Under the pieces are notes generated by a model that saw nothing but the letters and a program-made list of their open reading frames with translations, was not told the DNA's origin and made no database searches. 53,838 bases of DNA from a virus (taxonomy: Duplodnaviria; Caudoviricetes). This document shows, one piece after another, positions 8,917 through 18,399 of this stretch. Each line of letters begins with the position of its first letter. Within the stretch, counting starts at the first letter, position 1. A program made the translations under genes and the position numbers. Where the stretch lies: positions 1-53,838 of the IMG/VR virus record IMGVR_UViG_3300030012_003138, one strand, 5' to 3'.

Positions 8917-10035
8917 TTAAGAAAGGGTAAACCTTTCCTCTGACGTTTCTATGATGCCATTGTTTTTAACAGCGTCAAGAAAAGATCTTGATTTTTCTCC
9001 TTTTTCTCCTTTAGGAGCATTATCCCCCACAGCATTAGCTACTTTTTTGAGGGGTATATTAATCAAATTAAGTAAATCTTCTTGTTCTAAATCGTACTCT
9101 TTTGCTATCTCTAAGAGCTTTATGTTATCTGTACACTTACGAGTTGCTCCCATAGATTTAAGTTTTAAGTTCTGAAACTCCATTCCATCTTTAGCTAGAG
9201 CAACAGCTTTTTCTTTTACCCTCTTTGCCCAATTCTCTACAACTTTGGCTACAATATAAAGATGCTCTACTGTCTCAGGGTCATTAGGATCTTCTATGTT
9301 TTCTTTAGGTAAATTATCTCCTGATATACGTTGTACTATTTCAACTGCTAAACCACCAAGTGAAGGGCAATAATCTTCGTGTTTACAGAATCGGCAGTTA
9401 ACCGAAGGAGAAAGTGCGTCTGCTTCTGGGAAACCACCATCCCATTGAGGGCGCACTTTCTCCCCATTTCGTATTACGTCGGCTAGTTGCTTAACCAATA
9501 AGGGCAATTCCTCTCGTGTGAATGTTCCTTCCAGTACTTCATTGCGTACAGGTATATAGAACACAAAAGTGATTTCATCAAGCTCTGGATATTTTTGAAA
9601 AGCTCCAACCGTGTAAGCCCTTGCTTGCCAGTTACTTCTAGGTGGGTCTATTTCACTGACTCCTGTTTTATAATCTGCTAGTATGGCTCTATTACCAAAT
9701 GTAAGTAGTCTATCGCAAGTTCCCCACGTATTTGTAGAGTCAAGATCAACATCTAGTAAGATCTCATTCTCTTCCTTGTACTCCTGCCCTTTAGCATAAT
9801 TCTTGGTATACTCATCCTCTTGCTTGACGATTGCTTCATAGATCATGACTTCGTCTTCATCGTGCAGGGCAGAGGGATCACGAACTTCTAGGGCTTCGTG
9901 AATACGAGTACCTTTTTCAGCAGCAGCGTTTGTACCTGATCGTCCTTCGTAACCAGAACAACCTGCTACGTACTTGAGACTTGAGGGCGAGAAAGGAGCG
10001 TGTCCTCTGCTACTATGGTCTGGTTGGTTGTCCAT
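8917..10035 (-). CDS. DUF2800 / Cas4-like PD-(D/E)XK exonuclease
   Basis: HAPFSPSS..C, GTRIHEALE, WGTCD, DYKTG, QARAY, C.FC....CP. Confidence 0.85.
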   Translation of the reverse strand: MDNQPDHSSRGHAPFSPSSLKYVAGCSGYEGRSGTNAAAEKGTRIHEALEVRDPSALHDEDEVMIYEAIVKQEDEYTKNYAKGQEYKEENEILLDVDLDSTNTWGTCDRLLTFGNRAILADYKTGVSEIDPPRSNWQARAYTVGAFQKYPELDEITFVFYIPVRNEVLEGTFTREELPLLVKQLADVIRNGEKVRPQWDGGFPEADALSPSVNCRFCKHEDYCPSLGGLAVEIVQRISGDNLPKENIEDPNDPETVEHLYIVAKVVENWAKRVKEKAVALAKDGMEFQNLKLKSMGATRKCTDNIKLLEIAKEYDLEQEDLLNLINIPLKKVANAVGDNAPKGEKGEKSRSFLDAVKNNGIIETSEERFTLS

Positions 10036-10588
10036 GATGGGTAAATTCTTTGTGTAGTGAGGCTCTTAACTCTCTGAGTGCCTGTATAGCTTTTGCTTTT
10101 CCTTCTTCTGTATAAGGATATTTAGACGTACAGTATCGCCTACCGTTATAGTCTACTACTCCAACGTACACTACATGGTAGGAGCCGTCTTTTCTTTTAA
10201 ACCTTTGCACTCGTAGTCCTTTTACTCCTGTTTTGCTTTTTGCTTCCCAACGGTTTGCTTGGTTTTGGGCGTTGGTACATTCCCTTAAATTTTCTATTCT
10301 ATCATCTAAAGTATTATTATTTATATGATCGATCATTTTTTCTGTGTCTCCGTTAAATAAAGCCCACACAACTCTTGCTCTATAGTACACCTTACCTTTA
10401 AATTTTAATCTCCATCTTGTTCTCCTACCCCTTTTACTACTACCTTGAGATGGGCTATATAAAGAACCTGCAACGTCTCCTGCTTTCTTTTTCACGCCAC
10501 TTACTTTGTAATACAAAACTCCATCTCTATACTCAATTATATCTAAAAGATCTTGTGGTATAGCCCTTGCTATTTCTTTACGCTCCAT
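10013..10588 (-). CDS. HNH homing endonuclease (HNH_3 with AP2-like C-terminus)
   Basis: IDHINNNTLDDRIENLRECTNAQNQAN followed by SKTGVKG. Confidence 0.85.
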   Translation of the reverse strand: MERKEIARAIPQDLLDIIEYRDGVLYYKVSGVKKKAGDVAGSLYSPSQGSSKRGRRTRWRLKFKGKVYYRARVVWALFNGDTEKMIDHINNNTLDDRIENLRECTNAQNQANRWEAKSKTGVKGLRVQRFKRKDGSYHVVYVGVVDYNGRRYCTSKYPYTEEGKAKAIQALRELRASLHKEFTHHGQPTRP

Positions 10589-11873
10589 GTAACTCCGTCA
10601 GGTTATTTATTTTTCTTTCAATAGAGTCTATAACATTTTCTTCTATAGATCCTGATGTAACTAAAACTTTTTGTATAGCGTCCGACTTCGCACCGTTACG
10701 ATGAATACGACCTAAAGTTTGGAGGTAGTCTTTAGCATTGAATGAAGGGCATATCAAACTAACTCTTGGTCTATCCCCATTACAATCGTGTAATGATAGT
10801 CCCGTACCCCCTGCTGCAATGTTAGCAACCACAATAGTTGATTCATCATTTTGAAATTCGTCTACGATTGCTTGTCGTTCTTCTACTGTCTGACCCCCTT
10901 GAATTGCTTTACAATTAAGTTGTTTACATAAAGATTCTACAGTATCTCTAAAGTTAACAAACAATACTACAGAGTTTCCTTGTTCCTCTAAGTCTTTAGC
11001 GTAATTAACTAAATCAGGAACTTTCATGGCTTCTGTTAGTTGTCTTGCACGTAGTATATTTACAATGATATGGTCACTGTCATCAACAGTGCCATTCTCA
11101 ATAAGATCACTTATGATTTGGGGTGTTAGCCCTAAATCTTCATATGTTTTAATTATCTTATTAGAGTCAGCAAATTCCATAGGCTCTATAAAAACCCTGT
11201 TGTTTCTGAATGAATCAGGAAAGTCTGCCACAGTTAACTTCGCCCCTACAGAACCATATATTTTATCGTGTATCTTAGTAAGAGTTCTCTTTGATCCTAA
11301 ATGCCACCCGTTCCAATCGTCTTGATAACAACCGTTGACTTTCATCCAACTAAACCAATTATATAAACCATTTTCTGTTTTAGCTAGGCTATGTAGTTTT
11401 AACATGTAACCAATAGCCCTCATTTCTGTAGGGTCTTCACAAGCCGTTGCAGACATACCATGAACTAAAAACCCTTGTTTAACTAGGCTTATGATAAGTT
11501 GTGCATTCTGTGTATATGGCCCTTTGCATTTATGAATTTCATCTACTAAAAACAAAGTGGTTTTTGGGACTTTCCAATTCATTATCTTCTTACCTCTTTT
11601 AGACATATGAGGAGTGTTCCCTGTCCTAATTTTTTCGTAATTAAGTACGAATATTGGGGTTATGCCTACTTCTTTTAATTCCCTTTCCCATGCAGGAATC
11701 ACTGCTTTAGGACATATAACCGCTATAGGTCGTTTTAAACGAAGGGCTAAATGAGATGCAACGACTGTTTTTCCAGTACCTACGGAACTAGAATCTAAAG
11801 TGTTCTTACCTTGTTTTAATATGTCTTCAAAAAAATCAGCTACTTTTGATTGAGCGGGGAATAGGTTTTTCAT
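10578..11873 (-). CDS. SF2 (SNF2-like) helicase
   Basis: GTGKT, DEIH, SAT, GGTGLSL, QTLGRIHR motifs. Confidence 0.9.
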   Translation of the reverse strand: MKNLFPAQSKVADFFEDILKQGKNTLDSSSVGTGKTVVASHLALRLKRPIAVICPKAVIPAWERELKEVGITPIFVLNYEKIRTGNTPHMSKRGKKIMNWKVPKTTLFLVDEIHKCKGPYTQNAQLIISLVKQGFLVHGMSATACEDPTEMRAIGYMLKLHSLAKTENGLYNWFSWMKVNGCYQDDWNGWHLGSKRTLTKIHDKIYGSVGAKLTVADFPDSFRNNRVFIEPMEFADSNKIIKTYEDLGLTPQIISDLIENGTVDDSDHIIVNILRARQLTEAMKVPDLVNYAKDLEEQGNSVVLFVNFRDTVESLCKQLNCKAIQGGQTVEERQAIVDEFQNDESTIVVANIAAGGTGLSLHDCNGDRPRVSLICPSFNAKDYLQTLGRIHRNGAKSDAIQKVLVTSGSIEENVIDSIERKINNLTELHGA

Positions 11874-11880
11874 TCAGCAA

Positions 11881-11908
11881 ATAGTAAAAGAACTTGAACT
11901 GAAGGCAA
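11881..11908 (-). promoter_or_regulatory. sigma70-like promoter for the replication operon, leaderless
   Basis: Minus strand TTGCCT-16-TACTAT, then 7 nt to the ATG at 11873. Confidence 0.65.
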
Positions 11909-11918
11909 GAAAAACTTT

Positions 11919-12425
11919 CTACAATTTATCATACCCTACTAAAGCATGACTTTTCCGTATGTATCTAGCTATCAGAAAAGCGTCTACCATACCATCGTGA
12001 GCTTTAGAACAGCGTTTACTTTTTAACCAACATTCTTCAGGAGCTAACGTATTAGCCACTCCTAATGCAGCTTTCTTTGTATCATATGGTGGGGCTAAGT
12101 GTCCTAACATAGCTTTTTGCCAGTTATGTACTTTGACACATTGTACATCCCACTGCCTACTCTCAGCTAGTCCTAACAATTTTCCAAATGATATTGCCAT
12201 AGATCGAACAGCTTGTGAACTCTTTGCATGGTGTAATGGCTCTTCGATAGCAAAGATAAAATCTGATTCAAGTGCCATCACCCACTCATATACTTTACGA
12301 GTATCGGTTTCTCGTTTCTTACAACGATGAAGTGTAGGCATCACTGTCTTATCAATGACAGCTCCTGTTTGTTTTGATATGGCGACTAACCCACCGTTGA
12401 GTCCGTTATCAACTCCTATAATCAC
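11919..12425 (-). CDS. RuvC-like Holliday junction resolvase
   Basis: IIGVDNG..GG, IEE, SFG, W.K, DGMVDAFLIA. Confidence 0.8.
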   Translation of the reverse strand: MIIGVDNGLNGGLVAISKQTGAVIDKTVMPTLHRCKKRETDTRKVYEWVMALESDFIFAIEEPLHHAKSSQAVRSMAISFGKLLGLAESRQWDVQCVKVHNWQKAMLGHLAPPYDTKKAALGVANTLAPEECWLKSKRCSKAHDGMVDAFLIARYIRKSHALVGYDKL

Positions 12426-12693
12426 AATGTTCTATAGCTTTAGCAGAGAGTATTACACCATCCCCTTCTTCTGGTATTAAAGCATCTACATTTGGTACAA
12501 GCATCTGTATGTAAAATACTTCTCTTGCTGAGTTAGGTATCACTCTGTAATAAGTACCTGACCTACGTTCTACAATGTATGTAAAATCTTTACCCATTTC
12601 TTTACGTACCATGACACAGGGGTTTTCTTCAACCTTCCTGTCTTCAAACATTACTCCGATAGATCGTCTAAGAAACATGGCGTACCCTCCCAA
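12409..12693 (-). CDS. Hypothetical protein
   Basis: ORF overlapping its neighbours within the operon. Start uncertain. Confidence 0.5.
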   Translation of the reverse strand: MGGYAMFLRRSIGVMFEDRKVEENPCVMVRKEMGKDFTYIVERRSGTYYRVIPNSAREVFYIQMLVPNVDALIPEEGDGVILSAKAIEHCDYRS

Positions 12694-12923
12694 AAGTTTG
12701 TTTGTAGGTATTCATATTCATACCTTTCATAAGCTTGTTGCTTTGTAAGGTTATAATTTTTTTGTAGTAAATCTATTGTCATTTGCTTTGAGTAACAAGC
12801 AACAGGTGGTCTTCCATACTGTTCTACCGTGCCTATGTAAGCATCTTCTAAACCACTAAATAGAAGTACAGGTTTATCTAAGTCTTCTTTTGTTTCAGGA
12901 TTTATCATCGTCTGGCTCAACAT
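12651..12923 (-). CDS. Conserved small phage protein, paralogue of 3722..3988
   Basis: GLEDAYIG...VACYS.....L.......A.E.Y.Y.......GTPCF. Confidence 0.65.
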   Translation of the reverse strand: MLSQTMINPETKEDLDKPVLLFSGLEDAYIGTVEQYGRPPVACYSKQMTIDLLQKNYNLTKQQAYERYEYEYLQTNFWEGTPCFLDDLSE

Positions 12924-13515
12924 CTATTATTTTATCTTTGTTTATTTTAACAGCACCAGCACCACGGTCTGCCTTTGCGTTATTTAAAATGCTAATGTCT
13001 ATCTGCAATTTGCCTGAACCTCCTGCTGTCTTTGCATTTAGTCCTAGGTTTCTACGAATCAACTGATCTAATTCAGATAATTCTTTCACTGTGCGTGGTC
13101 CTCTCAGGTTTTTAATACTATCTCGTAATAATTTTATAGCAGAGGCTGCTATATAAGATTGATATTTATCTGCTGGCGAAGACTGCGATTGGGCTATGTC
13201 CATGAGGTTTTTGTCCTCTTCTATTCTAGCCTCTAGTTTAGCTTCTCTAATAGCCTCATCAGTTTTACCTTCTAGATTATCATCTAGTGTTGCTTGTAGT
13301 GGATCTTTATTTTCTGTTTCTTCTTCCTCTTCTTTTAAAGATGGGTTGTTTGCGTGTGGGTCTTTCTTGGGTTTTGCCCCCGCCTCCCTTAACCATCTAC
13401 GGAGTGTAGAGATATTGATTCCTAACTCCTTCGCAATATTAACAAGTTTATATTGCTGCTCATACATTTCGAGAGCATGTTTAAGCAACTTAGATTTTTT
13501 AGATTTATAAGCCAA
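12895..13515 (-). CDS. HTH DNA-binding protein, terminase small subunit candidate
   Basis: N-terminal HTH (LVNIAKELGINISTLRRWL), helical middle, C-terminal IIDVEP tail. Head-to-head with the large terminase gene. Confidence 0.55.
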   Translation of the reverse strand: MAYKSKKSKLLKHALEMYEQQYKLVNIAKELGINISTLRRWLREAGAKPKKDPHANNPSLKEEEEETENKDPLQATLDDNLEGKTDEAIREAKLEARIEEDKNLMDIAQSQSSPADKYQSYIAASAIKLLRDSIKNLRGPRTVKELSELDQLIRRNLGLNAKTAGGSGKLQIDISILNNAKADRGAGAVKINKDKIIDVEPDDDKS

Positions 13516-13558
13516 AGCACTTAATATATACTATATATCCACACACCTTTCAAATTAA

Positions 13559-15328
13559 ATGACGCAGACCTTACGGATATATGAACCAAGGATAAATGAA
13601 AAAACATCTAAGATGGATGTTGGTGGTTTAATAATTAATCCTACTAATACTATAACAGCTTTGTTATATGGTTTCGCAAACCACAAGAGCGGTAAAGCTA
13701 GAGAATACTACTTTTGGCGACTATGTGATGAGTTATGGAATAATGACGAACTCCCTGAACCTCTGATGGTTAAGCATCCTTGGGCAGAGAGTATGATACA
13801 AGCTGTTATACAAAATAAGTATGTCTCTATCGGTGGCGCTGCATCATCTGGAAAATCCCACACTATGGCTGCATGGGGAATCCTGAACTGGTTAGCTGCG
13901 CCAAGAGATACTCTAGTTCTACTAACATCGACTACACTACGTGAGGCGAGAAAAAGGATATGGGGTTCTGTCATTAGTTTACTAACAGTGTTAGAAGGCG
14001 CACCATTTAAGATAAGAGATTCTATTGGTAACGTCGCTTACGTAAATGAGAATGGAACACTGATAGAAAAAGCGGGTTTGAGTTTAATTGCAGCAGAGCG
14101 AAGTAAGACTAGGGAAGCTGTCGGTAAGTTTATCGGTATCAAACAAAAGAATGTTATCTTGATTGCAGACGAGCTTTCAGAACTATCTACAGCAATCCTA
14201 CAAGCAGGTCTGTCTAACTTATCAAAGAACCCATCATTTAGTTTAGTTGGGTTATCAAACCCTGCTTCTCGTTGGGATGCTTTTGGTGAGTGGAGTGAAC
14301 CAGCACATGGCTGGGATTCTATTGATCCAAACACAGAGGATAGTTGGAAGACCAAATGGGGCGGTTTATATAAAAGATATGATGGAGAGCGGTCACCTAA
14401 TATACTAGCAGGTGAAACTGTTTACCCTTGGCTCCCAACAAAAGATAAAATAGAAGAGGATAAATCATTACTTGGTCAAGAAAGTAGGGGGTACTATCGT
14501 ATGGTACGTGCGGTATTTTTTGATTCAGATGAATCAGATGGTGTTTATTCAGATGCTGAGTTAGTTAAATCTGGGGCAATGAGTAAAATAGAATGGCAAG
14601 ACACACCTACCCCTATCGCTGGGTGTGACCCTGCTTTTACTAATGGGGGTGACCGAACCATCTTGTATACAGGACACGTTGGTTATGATAAGTCTGGTCA
14701 GTTTGTTTGCCAACTTGAGGAAGCGATATCACTTAGTGACGATGCCACCAACAAAGCCGTCCCCCGATCTTACCAGATCGTTCAGCAGATAAAGGACGAG
14801 TGCAAGAAGAGGAAGATACTCCCAGCCAATTTAGGAATCGACTCCACAGGTGCTGGTAGTCCTTTGGCTGATATCCTTGCTGCTGAGTTTGGTGATGATA
14901 TTCTTCGTGTTTCATTTGGTGGAAAAGCCTCTGACAAGCGAGTCAGTACTAATAGTAAACTGGTAGGTAATGAACTATATGTCAATCGTGTTACTGAACT
15001 TTGGTTTGTGGGTAAAGAATTTTGTAGAACTAAGCAGTTGTTTGGTATTACAAATGAATTAGCTCAAGAAGTTGTAGGTCGTAAGTACGATATGGTTAAA
15101 GGATCTACCCTTAGAATGAAGCTTGAATCCAAGCCAGAATACAAAAATAGGCTAGGAAAATCTCCTGACTTAGCTGATGCTGCTTTTATCTGTATTGATG
15201 TCGCAAGGCAACGTCATGGATTGGTAGCTGTAGAGCCTCTTGATTTAGGGAACAAGATTCAGGGATCAAGGCGCAGGAGGTCTATGAAACAGCTTACAAA
15301 TGTACTAACAAATCAGCCATTAGGCTAG
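13559..15328 (+). CDS. terL: Terminase large subunit
   Basis: Walker A GAASSGKS, Walker B LIADE, coupling motif SNP, nuclease motifs GCDPA...D and SPDLADA. Confidence 0.9.
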   Translation: MTQTLRIYEPRINEKTSKMDVGGLIINPTNTITALLYGFANHKSGKAREYYFWRLCDELWNNDELPEPLMVKHPWAESMIQAVIQNKYVSIGGAASSGKSHTMAAWGILNWLAAPRDTLVLLTSTTLREARKRIWGSVISLLTVLEGAPFKIRDSIGNVAYVNENGTLIEKAGLSLIAAERSKTREAVGKFIGIKQKNVILIADELSELSTAILQAGLSNLSKNPSFSLVGLSNPASRWDAFGEWSEPAHGWDSIDPNTEDSWKTKWGGLYKRYDGERSPNILAGETVYPWLPTKDKIEEDKSLLGQESRGYYRMVRAVFFDSDESDGVYSDAELVKSGAMSKIEWQDTPTPIAGCDPAFTNGGDRTILYTGHVGYDKSGQFVCQLEEAISLSDDATNKAVPRSYQIVQQIKDECKKRKILPANLGIDSTGAGSPLADILAAEFGDDILRVSFGGKASDKRVSTNSKLVGNELYVNRVTELWFVGKEFCRTKQLFGITNELAQEVVGRKYDMVKGSTLRMKLESKPEYKNRLGKSPDLADAAFICIDVARQRHGLVAVEPLDLGNKIQGSRRRRSMKQLTNVLTNQPLG

Positions 15329-15338
15329 ATTTGAGCGG

Positions 15339-15366
15339 TTGCCTTTGTCTGAAAAAGCAGTAAATT
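15339..15366 (+). promoter_or_regulatory. sigma70-like promoter
   Basis: TTGCCT-16-TAAATT upstream of 15385. Confidence 0.5.
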
Positions 15367-15384
15367 TAAGGAACTTTTATATTT

Positions 15385-17100
15385 ATGAATTACAACGAGC
15401 TACCCGAAGAAGAAAAACAAAAATATGCTGATAGATTAGCTAAATTAATTGCAGGTACTATTGAAGGGGGAGGGACAGATGAAGAAGGATTAGCTAGTAT
15501 TATAGATGATATAAGAAAAATAGGATCTTCTGAGTTAGTAAACAGGATATCAGAAGCTAAAGATCCTGATAGGCTTAATACAAGATTTTTCCCAAAGGGG
15601 CTTAGGAAAAGTCTTAGACAAGAGTTTACAGGAGCCGATGAAGATAGATTCCTAAGATCTTTAGGTTACGCTTCAGATGATAAAGTTGGCGATAGTGTAG
15701 ACGTTATAGCATTTAAGAAAAAAGGAGTAGACCCAACTAAATCTGATTTTTCCATATTGGGAGCTGAAGGAAATTTTTTAGGCGAATATACTAGAAGTGG
15801 TGAAACATCAGGTTTAGGTGGTGGAGATATACCTAGAAGTATTGCTTTGCCTAAAGTTATAAAAAAAGCAATCCAAGATAAAAGCGCACCAGCTCCTGAA
15901 AGCGCACCAGCTCCTGAAAGCGCACCAGCTCCTGAAAGCGCACCAGCTTCTAAAGGATTTATGGACGTTGATCCGAGAGAAGCTCCTATGGGTGTAGATG
16001 CAAAAGGAGATCCCATTGTACCTACCTCACAAGGTGCAGTAGGGCCAGATGGGAAAAGGTCAGGCCCAATCGAAGTTCCTTTGCAAACAATGGAAGTAAG
16101 GAATGAAACACCTCAAAGGGGGAGTAGAGCTTTTAGAAAACAATCAGCAGAAGAAAGAAAGGCTCAGATTGAAGCAGATGACGAAAAGGCTAAAGAAATG
16201 TCATCAGCTATTCCCAATATAATAAGATCTCAATTAAAGCTATCACGGACTAGAGGGACTAAAGAAGACTCAACTGCTACACCAAGCGGAGGTGGTACTT
16301 CTGGTGGTTCAGGATCTGGGTTAGGTTATCTACGTTCAAGAGAGGACATGATGGCAAGGGATAAAGCAGCGAAAGAAGCTATGGGTAAGGAAGCTCTAGA
16401 ACGTAGGCGAACAGGAGAACAAAGATTTGCTACACTTAGACCTGAGATATTAGCCCAACAAGCTGAAAGAGCTAGACTAGCTGAAGAAAAAAGACAGGCG
16501 AATGAAATCAAATCAGGTTCAGGAGAGCTTTTAGGTAGGGTTATCAGAGATAAATCAGGTAAGATAATTGGCACATCAACAACAAAAGCAGGTAGGAGAG
16601 CGTTAGGTAGTGGTTATAAAGGAGCTACAGGTACTTTTGATTTTAGTAAACCAGCAGATTCCTTTGCTGAGTTAGATGCGAGAGATGCTGTAAAAGGACG
16701 TATGGCAAGTAGACAACAACAAGTTCTAGACTTAATGAGTGGTGGCCCAACTGAAGCTCAAGAAAAACAGATCCGACCTTTTGATACAGGATTAACAGTA
16801 AATCCTGATAAGATAGGAACCCCAACACCATCAAAGACTAGTCCATTAAGTCCAATACCTACTAATACGGGGGTATCTGGTACACCTAGTATGAAAGCAC
16901 CATCACCTCCACCATCACCACAATCAACTTTCCCTTCGAATATATCAGGGACTACTACTGATCGTATGATGCAGCGAGATGCGGAACAAAAACAACGTCA
17001 AGAGATGCTCAAGAAAGAAGAAGATAGGAAGAAAAGGAAAGAGCTACTTGAGAAAACAAAACAGCAAGTTAAATCATCAAATTATTCTAGTACCGCTTAA
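15385..17100 (+). CDS. Putative internal virion protein, low complexity
   Basis: Largely disordered, G/P/S-rich with charged helices. First of three large co-oriented genes typical of podovirus ejection proteins. Confidence 0.55.
   Translation: MNYNELPEEEKQKYADRLAKLIAGTIEGGGTDEEGLASIIDDIRKIGSSELVNRISEAKDPDRLNTRFFPKGLRKSLRQEFTGADEDRFLRSLGYASDDKVGDSVDVIAFKKKGVDPTKSDFSILGAEGNFLGEYTRSGETSGLGGGDIPRSIALPKVIKKAIQDKSAPAPESAPAPESAPAPESAPASKGFMDVDPREAPMGVDAKGDPIVPTSQGAVGPDGKRSGPIEVPLQTMEVRNETPQRGSRAFRKQSAEERKAQIEADDEKAKEMSSAIPNIIRSQLKLSRTRGTKEDSTATPSGGGTSGGSGSGLGYLRSREDMMARDKAAKEAMGKEALERRRTGEQRFATLRPEILAQQAERARLAEEKRQANEIKSGSGELLGRVIRDKSGKIIGTSTTKAGRRALGSGYKGATGTFDFSKPADSFAELDARDAVKGRMASRQQQVLDLMSGGPTEAQEKQIRPFDTGLTVNPDKIGTPTPSKTSPLSPIPTNTGVSGTPSMKAPSPPPSPQSTFPSNISGTTTDRMMQRDAEQKQRQEMLKKEEDRKKRKELLEKTKQQVKSSNYSSTA
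15881..15948 (+). repeat. Perfect 18-bp tandem repeat, about 3.8 copies (SAPAPE)
   Basis: AAAGCGCACCAGCTCCTG x3 plus a 14-nt partial copy. Confidence 0.95.
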
Positions 17101-17105
17101 ATAAT

Positions 17106-18368
17106 ATGGCTTTCACTTCACGATCATTAGAGGGAGTACGACGAGTTACCCCTGAATCTAGTAAGTATCTTAGGATAGCTGAAGACTTAAAAGATAAAGG
17201 ATTTACTTCAGCAGCTAATAAGATGGCCTCTACAGCAGCTAATATAAAAGCATCTGAATCTCCTGTTGATACCCCGATGCAAAGAGAAGCTCGTGAATCA
17301 GCTCAAAGAGCTATAGCGATGGGGCAACAACTCGCCATACAAGGAGATTTTGATCCTGCTGATGTGGTAGCCCCACTAAAAAGTAGGTTTTTTAATGCAG
17401 CTCAAAGTTTACCTTCACATCAACAAACAGCTCTTTTAAATAGGTTCGCTCCTGAATTTAGAAAACAATCTATTTTAAATCAACAAGAGCAAAAAAGTTT
17501 TCTTGAGTTAAAAGAAGCACAGCGGAAGTCTAGATTAAATCAAGCAGCGGATGCTTTACAAGTACCTGTTTCAAACAGGTTAGAACAAATTTTAAATTCA
17601 AGTGCTACTGACCAGAAAAAGTTTTCTGACATACAGTCAACAATGTTACAAAACCCACAAGCTTTGGGCAGTCCTATTGTAGCTAAATTATTCCAGACTT
17701 CATTAAGTAGTGTTAGCGATAAACTTGATGCTAAGAGATCTAAAGAAGCTATGGATACACAAGTTCGTGGTAATATGCTGTACCAGTTAGCAAGATCTGG
17801 AGATGTTGAAGGAATAAAAGCTTTACAAAAAGGACAAGAAAAAGGTAGTAGTGAACTCCCATTATCTTTAGCAAAGAGCATCAAAGGACAAGCGGATGCT
17901 AAAAACAGGAAAGCCCTTTCTGAAAGTATTTTAAGCGATCTAAAATCAATAGATGATCCAACTACTTATGCTGCTGTGCGTTCTCAGCTAGGGGCTATCA
18001 CCGATCCTAGTATGAAAGTACGAGTAGCTTTACAAGATATCCAACAGACCTTGAAGCAAAGAGGGATAATGCAAGATAGAGAAATAGCTAGCTTATCTGA
18101 GTTTGCCACTCTAGTAAGTAAGGTACGTGAACAAGCCGAGGACTTCGGTGATGGGGAAGACAAAGCTAAACTAGATGCCTTGCTAGATCTGGCGAAAGCT
18201 ATAGGTATAGAATCTGAAGACCTCGCTAACTTGATGGGACAAGAACTAGAAGATATTGATTCTTTAGAAGATCTAGAGAACTTATTGATAACAGCTACCG
18301 TAAAATTAAAAAACAAAAAAGCTGCTGTATCTGAGGAGGTTGCTATGGACTCCAATTACGGAGGCTAA
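17106..18368 (+). CDS. Putative internal virion (ejection) protein
   Basis: All-helical, A/Q/K-rich 420-aa ORF with no Trp or Cys, in the ejection-protein position. Confidence 0.55.
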   Translation: MAFTSRSLEGVRRVTPESSKYLRIAEDLKDKGFTSAANKMASTAANIKASESPVDTPMQREARESAQRAIAMGQQLAIQGDFDPADVVAPLKSRFFNAAQSLPSHQQTALLNRFAPEFRKQSILNQQEQKSFLELKEAQRKSRLNQAADALQVPVSNRLEQILNSSATDQKKFSDIQSTMLQNPQALGSPIVAKLFQTSLSSVSDKLDAKRSKEAMDTQVRGNMLYQLARSGDVEGIKALQKGQEKGSSELPLSLAKSIKGQADAKNRKALSESILSDLKSIDDPTTYAAVRSQLGAITDPSMKVRVALQDIQQTLKQRGIMQDREIASLSEFATLVSKVREQAEDFGDGEDKAKLDALLDLAKAIGIESEDLANLMGQELEDIDSLEDLENLLITATVKLKNKKAAVSEEVAMDSNYGG

Positions 18369-18399
18369 TACATTTAAATTAACATAACCAAAATCTGCT

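Noticed and set aside
8917-10035. cas4 as part of a CRISPR system
   Set aside because: It is a DUF2800-type nuclease in a standard phage replication module, with no other cas genes.
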